Position numbers and translations under genes: made by a program. A DNA stretch of 64,000 bases from Phycisphaerae bacterium. GTDB lineage: Bacteria > Planctomycetota > Phycisphaerae > UBA1845 > Fen-1342. Under the pieces are notes generated by a model, which was not told where the DNA came from, did not search any database, and was given only the letters and a program-made list of their open reading frames with translations. Positions 31,122 to 41,660 of this stretch are shown here, in pieces. Where the stretch lies: assembly GCA_963675745.2 (NCBI GenBank), contig CAXXWX010000028.1:82118-146117 (forward strand). Reading direction: 5' to 3'. Each line of letters opens with the position of its first letter. The first letter of the stretch is position 1.

Positions 31122-33050
31122 ATGGGAACACTGAAAATCCAAAACGTCAGCAAGGAGTTCGGCGGCCAGCTCGTGCTGGGGGATGTTTCCCTCGAACTGA
31201 ACACCGGGGAGATCGTCGGGTTTGTCGGTGCCAACGGCAGCGGAAAAACAACCCTCTTCCGGCTGATCACCGGCGAGCTGGTGCCGGGCAGCGGCTCAAT
31301 CACCGCGTCCAGGGGCCTGCGCATCGGATACCTCGCCCAGGACCCACAGATCACGCCGACCAATACGCTTTTCGATGAGGTGGCGACGGCCTTTGATGAG
31401 CTGCGCCGGCTGGAACACACCCAACACACGCTCTCCGAGGAGATGGCACGCACGCCCGACGGCCCTGAGCTGCACGCGATCATGGCCGAGTACGACCGCG
31501 TACACGAGCGGTTTCTGGCAGCCGGCGGGTATGCCTTCGAGACTCGCCTCGGCGAGGTGCTCGGGGGTCTGGGGTTTTCTACCAGCGATTATGACCTGCC
31601 CATGTCTGCTCTGTCCGGGGGCCAGCAATGCCGCGCGGCGCTGGCCAGGCTGCTGCTCGAGGACAACACGTTTCTGCTGCTCGACGAACCCACCAACCAC
31701 CTCGACATCGACGCGGTTCGCTGGCTCGAGAAATTCCTGGCCGGACATCACGGCGGAGCGGTCGTCGTCTCGCACGACCGCTACCTGCTCGATCGCGTCG
31801 CCGACCGCATTATCGAGATCGACCGCTGCCGGGTCACGTCTTACAGCGGCAACTATTCGACATATGTGAAGACGCGTGACGTGCAACGTTTGACTCAGGC
31901 GCGCCAGTTCCGCAAGGACCAGGACTTCATTACCAAGGAGCGTGCGTTTATCGCCAAGCACATGGGCAAGCAGCGCACCGCCGAGGCCAAGGGACGTCTG
32001 AAACGGCTGGAGCGCCGACTGGCCGACGGGGACTTTGTCACCGCCGCCCCGACGCAATCGCGCGGGTTGAGCTTCAGCTTCAGCGAGCACGATGATCAGC
32101 CGCGCGGCTGGGTGCTCCAGGCCGAAAAGCTGGCCAAGGCCTACGGCGACAAGGAGCTGTTCAGCGGGCTTGCGCTCCACTTGCACCCCGGCCAGCGTTT
32201 CGGCATCACCGGCCCCAACGGCACCGGCAAGACAACCCTCTTGCGGATTCTGCTGGGTGAGGTCGAAGCCGACGCCGGCGTGTGGCAGTTCGCACCGAAG
32301 ACGCGCCTGGGCTATTTCGCGCAAGCCGACGAGGGGCTGGACGGCGAAAACACGCTGCTCGAAGAACTGTGCCTGGCGCGGCCCGAGTTCACCGAGCAAC
32401 AGGCCCGGGCCCAGCTCGGGCGCATGCTGTTTTCCGGCGATGATGCGTTCAAGAAAGTGGCGCAGCTATCCGGCGGCGAGCGCTCGCGGTTGCGTCTGTT
32501 GAAGCTGATTCTCGCCGAGCCCAACGTGCTGATACTCGATGAGCCAACCAACCACCTCGACATTCCCGGGCGTGAGGTGCTCGAGGACGCCCTGGCACGG
32601 TTTCCCGGGGCGATTGTGGCGATCAGCCACGACCGCTATTTCCTTGACCGGGTGGCCGATCGGCTGCTGGTGATGCGCCGCGGATCACACGCGACCTACG
32701 CCGGCAACTACTCCTACTACATCGCACAGTTGGAGGAACGGCAGGCGTCGTCGCCGGGACGCGGCGCCGGCCAGCGCCCCGGCACCAAACGGCGCCGATC
32801 ACCGAGCGCGGCTTCGACCGGCGCCCCGCGCAAGAAATCACGTTACCACCGCTGTTCGCTGGAAGAGTTGGAAGCGCAGATTACCACGCACGAGCAGCGG
32901 CTGACGCAGATCAGCGCGGCGTTTGGCGACGCAGCGATCTACCAGGATCCAGGCGCCCCGGCGCGTCTGCGCGAAGAGTTGGAGGAGGTGAAGGCCGAGT
33001 TGGCCGAGCTGCACGCCGCTTGGGAAGAGAAGGTCGACGGGCTGGCTTGA
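31122..33050 (+). CDS. ABC-F family ATP-binding protein (Uup/YheS-like)
   Basis: Two ABC domains (GANGSGKT/LSGGQ/LDEPTNHLD; GPNGTGKT/LSGGE/LDEPTNHLD), no TM segments, C-terminal coiled coil. Confidence 0.93.
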   Translation: MGTLKIQNVSKEFGGQLVLGDVSLELNTGEIVGFVGANGSGKTTLFRLITGELVPGSGSITASRGLRIGYLAQDPQITPTNTLFDEVATAFDELRRLEHTQHTLSEEMARTPDGPELHAIMAEYDRVHERFLAAGGYAFETRLGEVLGGLGFSTSDYDLPMSALSGGQQCRAALARLLLEDNTFLLLDEPTNHLDIDAVRWLEKFLAGHHGGAVVVSHDRYLLDRVADRIIEIDRCRVTSYSGNYSTYVKTRDVQRLTQARQFRKDQDFITKERAFIAKHMGKQRTAEAKGRLKRLERRLADGDFVTAAPTQSRGLSFSFSEHDDQPRGWVLQAEKLAKAYGDKELFSGLALHLHPGQRFGITGPNGTGKTTLLRILLGEVEADAGVWQFAPKTRLGYFAQADEGLDGENTLLEELCLARPEFTEQQARAQLGRMLFSGDDAFKKVAQLSGGERSRLRLLKLILAEPNVLILDEPTNHLDIPGREVLEDALARFPGAIVAISHDRYFLDRVADRLLVMRRGSHATYAGNYSYYIAQLEERQASSPGRGAGQRPGTKRRRSPSAASTGAPRKKSRYHRCSLEELEAQITTHEQRLTQISAAFGDAAIYQDPGAPARLREELEEVKAELAELHAAWEEKVDGLA

Positions 33051-33073
33051 GAGTTTGCGCGGCCCGTGCCCGC

Positions 33074-33152
33074 GTGTACGGCCGCACCCCGCCGGCCGTT
33101 GGGCGGAACGGCGTTTATGGTGCTCTACGGCCGTCGGGGCGCCGGCCGCTAC
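33074..33152. repeat. REPIN-like ~79-bp element between convergent genes
   Basis: gtgtacggccgcaccccgccggccg...cggccgtcggggcgccggccgctac. Confidence 0.65.
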
Positions 33153-33214
33153 GTTGTCTCCGCGTGGACGCACCTCCACGCAGGATTGTCAGCCGAGACT
33201 CAAACGACCTGCGA

Positions 33215-34006
33215 CTATTGCGCGCTCTTTCCGCTGTCGCGCCACGATGCCCAGAACGGCTTGCGTTTCTCCAGAAACGCGCCGACTCCCTCCTTGGCAT
33301 CGGAGCAACTGAAGCACAGGCCGAACTGCTTGATCTCATCGTTAAGGAAGATCGCCTTTTTGATGCGGGAGATCGCACACGGCGAGCCTGGCGCGAGAAA
33401 CTCGAACCAGCGCTTGATGGCGGCATCGATGTCCTCGACTGAGTCGAGCAGCTCATCGACCAGGCCGATCTTGTGCGCTTCTTCGGATGAGATCGCGGCG
33501 CCGCTGAACAGCAGTCGCCGCGCGTGCATGTCTCCGACCACCTTGGGCAGACGAATCGTGCCGCCCCAGCCGGGAATCAAGCCCAGCTTGCTCTCGGGCT
33601 GACCGATGCGGGCACCTTTGACCATCAGGCGAAAGTCGCACGCCAGGGCCAACTCGCAACCGCCGCCCATCGCATGCCCGTTGATCGCGGCGATCGTGAC
33701 CTGCGGTAGCGCCGAGACGGTGTTCATCACGCGGTGACCGGCGCGCGCAAACGCCTCGCCCTGGTCTTCGGTGAAATGTGACATCTGGTAGATATCGGCG
33801 CCGGCGACAAACACGCTGCCCTGACCGCGAAAAACGACGAAACGCAGGCTCCCATCTTCGGCAATCTGCTCCAGGCGGTTGCCAAGCTCGGCGATCACGC
33901 GTGACGAGAAAATCGCCGGCCCCTTTTCGTCGGCCAGGCGGATGGTCGCAACCGGGCCTTCTATATCACAGGTGACCTGTGTCGTGGATTTCTCATTTGT
34001 CGTCAT
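33215..34006 (-). CDS. crt: Enoyl-CoA hydratase (crotonase)
   Basis: FVAGADI, AAINGHAMGGGCELALACD, GQPESKLGLIPGWGGT. Confidence 0.9.
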   Translation of the reverse strand: MTTNEKSTTQVTCDIEGPVATIRLADEKGPAIFSSRVIAELGNRLEQIAEDGSLRFVVFRGQGSVFVAGADIYQMSHFTEDQGEAFARAGHRVMNTVSALPQVTIAAINGHAMGGGCELALACDFRLMVKGARIGQPESKLGLIPGWGGTIRLPKVVGDMHARRLLFSGAAISSEEAHKIGLVDELLDSVEDIDAAIKRWFEFLAPGSPCAISRIKKAIFLNDEIKQFGLCFSCSDAKEGVGAFLEKRKPFWASWRDSGKSAQ

Positions 34007-34859
34007 AGTCGTAGAACCCTCTTTTGCTCTTGCGGCCCAGGAAACCCGCGCGGACCATCGTGCGGAGGAGCGGCGTCGGCCGATAGCGATCCTCGCCCAG
34101 GTCACGGTGCAGGACTTCCAGTATGAACAGGCACACGTCCAGCCCGATCAGGTCGGCCAGCGCCAGCGGCCCCATCGGGTGGTTCATCCCCAGCTTCATG
34201 ACTTCGTCGATCGTCTCGGCATCCGCCACGCCGTCGCTGTAGCAGGCGATGGCCTCGTTGATCATCGGCATGAGGATGCGATTGCTGACGAAGCCCGGAT
34301 GGTCCTTTACCCGCAGCGGCACCTTGCCGAGCTCCTCGGCCAGTTTAATCGTGGTCGCCACCACGCCCTCGTCGGTCTGGAGCCCGATCACAACCTCGAC
34401 GAGGCTCATCAACGGCACCGGGTTGAAAAAGTGCATGCCGATGAAACGGTCGGGTCGCCCGCTGACTCGGCCAAGGTCGCTGATGGAGATGCTGCTGGTA
34501 TTACTGGCGAATATCACGTCTTCGGCGACGCTCTGCTTGAGCTGGCCATATAAGGCACGCTTGATCTTGGGGTCTTCGCTGATCGCTTCGACAATCAGAT
34601 CGGCGCCGGTTGCATCTCCGAGGGTGCTGCCCACCAGGTTGGCCTTGGCCTGCTCCGCGCTATCGGCCTCAAGCTTGCCCTTACTGACGGCCTTGTCGAG
34701 GAACTTGCCGATGCGCGCGATGGCCTTGTCCACGGCGCCGGGTAAGGCATCACTCAACAGCACCTCGCGCCCGGACTGGGCAAAGACCTGTGCGATGCCG
34801 GCTCCCATCGTGCCGGCCCCGATCACGGCGACAGTCTGGATTTTCGTGCGATGTGGCAT
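33993..34859 (-). CDS. hbd: 3-hydroxybutyryl-CoA dehydrogenase
   Basis: GAGTMGAGIA, ASNTSS, GMHFFNPVP, PGFVSNR, HPMGPL.LAD.IGLD. Confidence 0.93.
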   Translation of the reverse strand: MPHRTKIQTVAVIGAGTMGAGIAQVFAQSGREVLLSDALPGAVDKAIARIGKFLDKAVSKGKLEADSAEQAKANLVGSTLGDATGADLIVEAISEDPKIKRALYGQLKQSVAEDVIFASNTSSISISDLGRVSGRPDRFIGMHFFNPVPLMSLVEVVIGLQTDEGVVATTIKLAEELGKVPLRVKDHPGFVSNRILMPMINEAIACYSDGVADAETIDEVMKLGMNHPMGPLALADLIGLDVCLFILEVLHRDLGEDRYRPTPLLRTMVRAGFLGRKSKRGFYDYDDK

Positions 34860-34946
34860 TTTGTCCCTTTGCTAACGGTAACTGTGGCTGCGGGCGGCCG
34901 GCGCACACGGCAAATGCGCGCCGGCGCCCGGAGCTCATATGAGATG

Positions 34947-36125
34947 TCAGACCATTTCGACAGCCATGGCCACAGAGTTGCCACCACCGAGGCACAGTGC
35001 CGTAACGCCGCGTTTGCCACCGCGAGTCTTCAGCGCGTGCAGCAGTGTGGTCAGCACGCGGGCGCCGCTGGCGCCGATCGGGTGTCCGAGGGCAATCGCG
35101 CCGCCGTGTACGTTGACCTTTTCCGGGTCGACCTCGAGGCCGTTGAGACATGCGATGGACTGGGAAGCAAACGCCTCGTTCAGTTCAAACAGATCCACGC
35201 TGTCGAGCGTCCAGCCGGCCTTCTCGCACGCCATCCTGGTTGCCGCGATCGGTGTGAAGAACAGCTCGCGCGGCGGCCCGCCGGCAGTAGCGCTGCCTGC
35301 GATCTGTGCCAGCGGAGTGAGTCCGGCTTTCTTGGCTCCCGCGGCACTGGCCAGCAACGCGATCGCCGCCCCGTCGGAGAGTGAAGACGCATTGCCGGCG
35401 GTAACGGTGCCGTTCTTGGTAAACGCCGGCCGAAGTCCACTCAATCCTTCCATGGTCACGTCGGCACGGTACGTTTCGTCGGCACAGAACTGGCCCTTGC
35501 CACGCGGCAACTCAATCGGCGCGCGTTCGTCGTTGAAAAGTCCGGCGGCGTCGGCCTTGGCCGCCAATTGATGACTGCGCAGGGCCCACTCGTCCTGTTG
35601 CTGCCGCGTGACGCCGGCCTTCTCGGCGGTGTACTCGGCAATCTCGCCCATCAGGCTGCCGTCGTAGACATTGGTCAGCCCGTCGTGGAGCATCAGGTCG
35701 ACAAACTCCGTCGTGCCAAACTTGTGACCCTGGCGCACGTTGCGTACCAGGAACGGAGCCTGGCTCATCGACTCAATACCCCCCGACAGAATTATGTCGG
35801 CGTCGCCGGAGCGAATGATCTGATCGGCGTAGATCGAGGATTGCAGGCCGCTGCCGCAGACCTTGTTCACCGTGCAGCACGAAATCGTATCCGGCACACC
35901 GGCGCCGAGGGCAACCTGTCGCGCAGGGTTCTGGCCACAGCCACCCTGCAAAACCTGCCCGACAATCACCTCGTCGATAGCGGCAACATCAACCTTGCTG
36001 TCGGCGATCACCGCCTTGGCGACCTGCGCACCGACGTCGGTCGCGGCCAGATTTGACAAACTACCCAGGAAGCGTCCAACACCACTGCGCTTGGCCGCGA
36101 CAATAAAAGTACGTTCGTTTGCCAT
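34947..36125 (-). CDS. Acetyl-CoA C-acetyltransferase (thiolase)
   Basis: NKVCGSG, NEAFA, NVHGGAIALGHPIGASG, CLGGG. Confidence 0.95.
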   Translation of the reverse strand: MANERTFIVAAKRSGVGRFLGSLSNLAATDVGAQVAKAVIADSKVDVAAIDEVIVGQVLQGGCGQNPARQVALGAGVPDTISCCTVNKVCGSGLQSSIYADQIIRSGDADIILSGGIESMSQAPFLVRNVRQGHKFGTTEFVDLMLHDGLTNVYDGSLMGEIAEYTAEKAGVTRQQQDEWALRSHQLAAKADAAGLFNDERAPIELPRGKGQFCADETYRADVTMEGLSGLRPAFTKNGTVTAGNASSLSDGAAIALLASAAGAKKAGLTPLAQIAGSATAGGPPRELFFTPIAATRMACEKAGWTLDSVDLFELNEAFASQSIACLNGLEVDPEKVNVHGGAIALGHPIGASGARVLTTLLHALKTRGGKRGVTALCLGGGNSVAMAVEMV

Positions 36126-36131
36126 GATGCC

Positions 36132-37295
36132 CTACCCTCTCGCAACCCATTCCGGATCAGTAGTTAACGCACGTGCAATCACCAGGCGCTGAATCTCGCT
36201 GGTGCCTTCGTACAATTCCGTGATTTTCGCGTCGCGCAGCAGGCGCTCAACGGGATAATCCTGGCAATAACCATAGCCGCCGAATACCTGCACCGCCGCG
36301 TTGGTCACGCGGCTGGATACTTCACTGGCAAAGACCTTGGCCATGGCCGACTCGGTCGCGAATGGTCGCCCCATCTGCTTCAACCACGCCCCGCGGCGCA
36401 CCAACAGGCGTGCGGCGGCAATCTCCGTGGCCATGTCCGCCAGCTTCCACTGAATCCCCTGGAAAGCGCCGATCGGCCGGCCGAACTGTTGGCGCGTGTT
36501 GGAATATTCCACGGATGCCTCGAGGGCCGCCTGCGAAATGCCAACGGCCTGCGCGGCGACACCCAGGCGGCCGCCATCGAGCGTGGACAGTGCTATGCGC
36601 AGACCCTTGCCACACTCGCCGAGCATCTGCTCTTTGGGAACCAGGCAATCCTCAAAGATCAGCTCGGCCGTACTGCTGGCCCTGATACCGATCTTCTTCT
36701 CCAACTTGCCCAGTTGGAAACCGGGCGTGTCCTTCTCGACGATGAACGCCGACATGCGCCGCCGAGGATCATCGGGGTTGGTGACGGCAAAGACCACGAA
36801 CACGTGCGCCTCGCGGCCATTGGTGACAAAGCACTTGGTGCCGTTGAGGCGATAGCTGTCACCTTCTTCGACGGCCATGCAGCGCGCCGCGCCGGCGTCA
36901 CTGCCGCTGCCCGGCTCGGTCAGCGAATAGCAGCCGATCCACTCGCCGCTGGACATCTTCGGCAGGTATTTCTGCTTCTGCTCCTCGGTGCCGTATACGA
37001 GGATCGGGTCGACGGCGAGTGAATGGTGGGCGGAGACCAGAATGCCCGTGGCGCCGCAGGCGCGCGACAGCTCCTCGACCGCCATCACGTATGACACTAC
37101 GTCGAGCCCAGCGCCGCCGTACTCGGCCGGCACGTACAGGCCGAACAGGCCCATCTCGCCAAGTTGCTCTATCAGTCCCTCCTCGTAGCCGCCCTGTTCG
37201 TCGCGCGTGGCGGCCTTCGGGGCTATCTCCTTGTCGCAGAATGAGCGCAACGCGTCCTGCAACGACCGCTGATCTTCATCCAACTCGAAGTCCAC
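36132..37295 (-). CDS. Acyl-CoA (butyryl-CoA-type) dehydrogenase
   Basis: SLTEPGSGSDA, NGTKCFVTNG, R.QFG.PI..FQ, FGGYGY, YEGTSEIQ. Confidence 0.93.
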   Translation of the reverse strand: MDFELDEDQRSLQDALRSFCDKEIAPKAATRDEQGGYEEGLIEQLGEMGLFGLYVPAEYGGAGLDVVSYVMAVEELSRACGATGILVSAHHSLAVDPILVYGTEEQKQKYLPKMSSGEWIGCYSLTEPGSGSDAGAARCMAVEEGDSYRLNGTKCFVTNGREAHVFVVFAVTNPDDPRRRMSAFIVEKDTPGFQLGKLEKKIGIRASSTAELIFEDCLVPKEQMLGECGKGLRIALSTLDGGRLGVAAQAVGISQAALEASVEYSNTRQQFGRPIGAFQGIQWKLADMATEIAAARLLVRRGAWLKQMGRPFATESAMAKVFASEVSSRVTNAAVQVFGGYGYCQDYPVERLLRDAKITELYEGTSEIQRLVIARALTTDPEWVARG

Positions 37296-37598
37296 TGGCT
37301 TTCCTTCCTGCGTGCGGTGTCAACGATCCTGTGGGCTGATGCCGCTATCACGTGGCAATCCGCCGTTGTCTGGCGCGCCGGCCGCGCCCCCGTCGGGCAT
37401 TGGTGCGGGTGCAGTCTTGACGCCGCCCTTGTCACCGTCCGCCAGACGGCCACGACATGTCCCCGGCGTCGAAATCTTCGAAGTGCCGCATGGAGCTGAA
37501 GCGCACCAACGCAGGCCCCATCTTAGGGGCAATCCGCGCGGAAATAAAGACGCCGTACGGCACACAGAAACCGGCACCTCGGCGGGGCCGATGCCGCC

Positions 37599-37626
37599 TT
37601 GACACACACCCTGGCGTTCGTAGAAT
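37599..37626 (+). promoter_or_regulatory. Sigma70-type promoter for the ABC/Gld-like operon
   Basis: TTGACA-16 nt-TAGAAT. Confidence 0.7.
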
Positions 37627-37788
37627 CCTACTCCGATCCGGTCCACGGGCTCTGGAGTGGATGGGCGGCTTGGGCGGCAGGCGAATGTCGCTGGGATTGG
37701 CTGTCCGCGGGATCGCGAATACTCCAACGATTGGCGGGCGAGCGTAATCTGATTGAGGGTGTGTTCCCATTTACGGGAGGCTAGCTCT

Positions 37789-38739
37789 TTGATCGAGGCA
37801 AAGAACCTGTCGAAGCACTTCGGCGGGCACCGCGCGGTGGACGACATCTCCTTTCGGGTCGACGCCGGCGAAATCGTCGGCTTCCTCGGTCCCAACGGCG
37901 CCGGGAAGACCACGACGCTCCGCGTGCTCACATGTTTCCACCCGGCGACGTCGGGCGAAGCCAGTGTCGCGGGCTTTGACGTCTTCACGCAATCCAAGCA
38001 GGTGCGCGCCGCCGTCGGATACCTGCCGGAAACGGTGCCCCTCTACCCTGAGATGCGCGTCCGCGAGTACTTGCGGTTCCGCGGACGACTGCGCGGACTT
38101 GATAGCGCGGCGCGTGACGAGGGAATCCGGCGTGTCGTGGAACAATGTTGGCTGGGCGAGGTGATTGACCGTCCGATCGGGCATCTGTCGAAGGGGTTTC
38201 GCCAGCGCGTCGGACTGGCCGACGCGTTGCTGCACGACCCCGAAGTGCTCATTCTGGATGAGCCGACCGTGGGGCTTGACCCGTCGCAGATTCGCGAGAC
38301 GCGCTCGCTGATCAAGGACCTGGCCCGGAAACACACGGTGATGCTTTCGAGCCACATTCTGCCCGAGGTTGAGGCCACTTGCCAGCGCATCATCATCATT
38401 GATGCCGGGAAGATTGTCGCCTCCGGCACGCCCGACGAACTGCGTGAACGGGTCACCGGTGCTTCGCGATTGATCGCCGAGATCAAGGGCCCCGAACGAG
38501 AAGTCGCCCGGGCAATCGGCGCTGTCAACGGTGTGAGCGGTGTGGAGGCGCTGTCAAGCGGCGATTGGACGCGCGTAGCCGTCGCCGCCCAGGGTGACGC
38601 GCGTGAGGCGATCGCGTCTCTGGCGAGCGCCCGCGGCTGGGCACTGCGTGAACTGCGCCGCGAGGTGGCCACGCTCGAAGACTTCTTCGTCAAAATCGTG
38701 GCCGATGCGCGCGGCGCGCAAGTCTCTGATGAGGGCTAA
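37789..38739 (+). CDS. ABC transporter ATP-binding protein (GldA-like)
   Basis: GPNGAGKTT, LSKGFRQRVGLA, ILDEPTVGLDP; TTG start after GGGAGG. Confidence 0.9.
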   Translation: MIEAKNLSKHFGGHRAVDDISFRVDAGEIVGFLGPNGAGKTTTLRVLTCFHPATSGEASVAGFDVFTQSKQVRAAVGYLPETVPLYPEMRVREYLRFRGRLRGLDSAARDEGIRRVVEQCWLGEVIDRPIGHLSKGFRQRVGLADALLHDPEVLILDEPTVGLDPSQIRETRSLIKDLARKHTVMLSSHILPEVEATCQRIIIIDAGKIVASGTPDELRERVTGASRLIAEIKGPEREVARAIGAVNGVSGVEALSSGDWTRVAVAAQGDAREAIASLASARGWALRELRREVATLEDFFVKIVADARGAQVSDEG

Positions 38740-38742
38740 GGC

Positions 38743-39456
38743 ATGCGAAATATCTCGGCGATTACGAACCGTGAGCTGCTCTCGCTGTTCTGCTCACCCG
38801 TCGCCTACATCGTCATCGCCGGCTTTCTGCTGATCACCGGCGTGCTGGCGATGGACGCCTTTCAACCCGGCCAGCCGGCCACGCTGCGCGTGGTGTTCGG
38901 CTTTGCCCCGTACGTGCTGGCAATCATCGTGCCGGCGATTGTGATGCGCACCATCAGTGAGGAATATCGCAGCGGGACAATCGAAGCTCTGATGACCACA
39001 CCGCTGTCTGACACCGAACTGGTGCTCGGCAAGTTTCTGGCGTCGCTGATCTTCTACGTGATCATGCTCGCGACGACGGTGGCGTATTACGTGCTGATGG
39101 CGATCTACGGCAACCCAGACCTCGGGGCATCGCTGGCGGCCTATCTGGGCTTACTGCTGGTCGGCATCGCGTTCATCGCCGTCGGCGTCTTCGCCAGCAG
39201 CTTGACCAGTAATCAGATTGTGGCCTGGATGATCGCCGCCGTCCCGCTGATTGTCTTCGTCTGGTTCTCGGGCTTCATCGTTGGAAAGGCCGAAGGCTGG
39301 CTGCGCGAGGTATTCCGGCGCATCGACATCAATTGGCACGTCAGTCAGTTCAACCGCGGGCTGGTCGGTACCGAGAGCGTGATCTTCTTTCTCGGGACGG
39401 CGATTCTGTTTCTGTTCCTGGCGGTCAAGGTAGTGGAGTCGCGACGATGGCGGTGA
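38743..39456 (+). CDS. ABC-2 type permease (GldF-like)
   Basis: SPVAY, MRTISEE..SGTIE.L.T.P, GKFLA, SSLTSNQIVA; about 6 TM. Confidence 0.88.
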   Translation: MRNISAITNRELLSLFCSPVAYIVIAGFLLITGVLAMDAFQPGQPATLRVVFGFAPYVLAIIVPAIVMRTISEEYRSGTIEALMTTPLSDTELVLGKFLASLIFYVIMLATTVAYYVLMAIYGNPDLGASLAAYLGLLLVGIAFIAVGVFASSLTSNQIVAWMIAAVPLIVFVWFSGFIVGKAEGWLREVFRRIDINWHVSQFNRGLVGTESVIFFLGTAILFLFLAVKVVESRRWR

Positions 39457-41654
39457 AAACACACACGCGTGACGCATCCGAACGGCACCTGGTCTACGGG
39501 CTGAATGTAACCGTCAGCATCGTGCTTGCCATCGCGATCCTGGTCGCCGCGTTGCTGCTCGGCGGTGAGTACCGCACGCAGTTCGACTGGACTCGCAGCG
39601 GGCGCAACAGCCTCAGCCCGCGCACGCTCAAGCTGCTCGGCGGCCTCGACCAGAACATCACCATCACCGCTATCTACCCAATCCGCACGGAGAGTGCCGA
39701 GCTGGATCAGCGACGTCAGGACGCCGTGCGCGACCTGCTCGAGCTGTACGAAGGGGCCGGGGGCGGACACGTCAAGGCCGAGCTGTTCGATCCGCTGAAA
39801 AAGCCGGGGAAGGTCACGGCGCTCGAAGAGCGCCTGAGCCAGAAGCCGGCCTATCGTGACGAGGCAACAGCACACCGCGAGGCGCTGGAGCAATTCGCGC
39901 GGTTTGCCGAACAGGTGCGCGCCACGGTCGGGAACACGGTGCAGCAATTGCAGTCGCTCTCCGAGCAGAACCCGGCGTTGGCGCAGAGCCGCGAATGTCA
40001 GATCATCGGGATGAACCTCCAGCATGTGCTCGGCGAACTGGACAAGACCTCCGGGGCGGTCGCGGAGTACAGCGCCGAGGCGATCCCGCGCTACGGCCGA
40101 GCCGTCGGCATCGTGAAGAGCTTCCTGACACTGGCGCAAGCGTCGGTGGACGAGGCGCGGCGCTGGCTTTTGGGCGAGATCGGACAACTGCCCCAGGTCG
40201 ATCGCGCCACGCTGGCTGAGTTTGCCGAAACCAGCAAGCAGTGCCAGACGTTGCTCGACGAGCAGGCGACACTTCAGAAGCTGCTCGATGACCTGCCGAA
40301 GCTCAAGCTGGAGGAGATGTATGAGGCGCTGCGGCGTCGCACCGACTTACCCCCAGTGCTCGTCGAAACCGAATCAGAGGCCCACGTCGTAACCTTCGAT
40401 GACGTCTGGGCCTACCGGATGGACCAGAATGCCCCCGCAGGTACCGGCCCCGATCCGTCGCGGGATTTCGTCGGCGAGGCGGCGGTCTCGTCGGCAATCT
40501 TGCGGCTGACCCAGAAGGAAAAGACCGGCGTCATCTTCGTGCGCTGGGGGGGGAGTCCGCTGCTCACGCCGGACTTCTCCAATTTCAACCCGAACATGCG
40601 CCGCATGCCGACAGCGCCATACCAGGCGTTGAACGCGTACCTGCAGCGTGCCAACTTCGAGACCGCCGAGTGGAACGTCAAGGAAACCAAGGAACCTCCG
40701 GCGCTGGAGGACGTCGCGCGCACGATTTACGTCGTGTTCGCCCCGGTGCCACCACAGCAACCCAACCCGATGCAACCGCCGACCGAGCCGGGCATCAGCG
40801 AAGCCGACAAACAGCTTGTCCTTGACGCGATCGGTCAGAGCGGGATGGCGGTATTCATGTCGCGCTGGCAGGCCCCGCTCTCGCCTTACATGCCGATGGC
40901 GCGCACGTATGAGTACGCCGACTACTTGAAAGACAAGTGGGGCATCGACGTTAAGTACTCGTACGTGGCGATGCCCTTCGCCCCTTCGCCTGACAAGCCG
41001 GATCTGTGGGTGCCGGCGATGCGCGATCAGAGCAGTGTATTGCTGCTGACCTCACCGATCCTGCGCGTAACCGATCACCCGATAGGCGCACCGCTGAAAT
41101 CCGAGCCGATCGCCTTCTGGATGACGACGCCAATCGAGATCGTCACCGGCGAGGGTAAGCCGGAGGGCGTCAACGTCGACGTGGTCGCCGAGGTGCGCGA
41201 GACAGAGCGCGTCTGGGCGTTTGAGAACATCCAGGCGCTGGAGGCCGACTTCCGTGAGAAGAACGGCACCGCGCCGAAGGACTCCGATATCCTCGCGCCG
41301 TTCCCCGTCGCTGTTGCCGCCACCAACGGGGCCGGCGGCAAGCTGGTCGTGTTTGCCTCCGAGCAGTTTCCCGCTGACAACCTGACGCAGGCCAGCCAAC
41401 TGGCCCTTGCCGGCGGTGGCCTGGTTGCCTACCTGCTCTATCCCGGCAACACCGACCTATTCGTGAACTCGCTGCACTGGCTGACCGGCGACGCCGACCG
41501 CATCGCCGTCGGACCGCGCAAGGGTGCCCTGCCCCGGCTCGACAAGCTGGCGGATGGCTTTGCAACGCAATTCTGTCAGGTATTCATCGTGGGAATCTGG
41601 CCCGGTATCGCGCTGCTGGCCGGCGGCGCGGCCTGGCTGATTCGGCGGAGGTAG
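39447..41654 (+). CDS. GldG-like ABC auxiliary membrane-anchored protein with helical insertion
   Basis: N-terminal TM, DWT....SLS..T..LL..L, N.DLF.NS..WL, C-terminal TM ending WLIRRR. Confidence 0.75.
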   Translation: MAVKTHTRDASERHLVYGLNVTVSIVLAIAILVAALLLGGEYRTQFDWTRSGRNSLSPRTLKLLGGLDQNITITAIYPIRTESAELDQRRQDAVRDLLELYEGAGGGHVKAELFDPLKKPGKVTALEERLSQKPAYRDEATAHREALEQFARFAEQVRATVGNTVQQLQSLSEQNPALAQSRECQIIGMNLQHVLGELDKTSGAVAEYSAEAIPRYGRAVGIVKSFLTLAQASVDEARRWLLGEIGQLPQVDRATLAEFAETSKQCQTLLDEQATLQKLLDDLPKLKLEEMYEALRRRTDLPPVLVETESEAHVVTFDDVWAYRMDQNAPAGTGPDPSRDFVGEAAVSSAILRLTQKEKTGVIFVRWGGSPLLTPDFSNFNPNMRRMPTAPYQALNAYLQRANFETAEWNVKETKEPPALEDVARTIYVVFAPVPPQQPNPMQPPTEPGISEADKQLVLDAIGQSGMAVFMSRWQAPLSPYMPMARTYEYADYLKDKWGIDVKYSYVAMPFAPSPDKPDLWVPAMRDQSSVLLLTSPILRVTDHPIGAPLKSEPIAFWMTTPIEIVTGEGKPEGVNVDVVAEVRETERVWAFENIQALEADFREKNGTAPKDSDILAPFPVAVAATNGAGGKLVVFASEQFPADNLTQASQLALAGGGLVAYLLYPGNTDLFVNSLHWLTGDADRIAVGPRKGALPRLDKLADGFATQFCQVFIVGIWPGIALLAGGAAWLIRRR

Positions 41655-41660
41655 CACGGG

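Noticed and set aside
37320..37750. Riboswitch or small ORF in the long divergent intergenic region
   Set aside because: No recognisable aptamer consensus; the ORFs lack convincing features. Only the promoter is supported.
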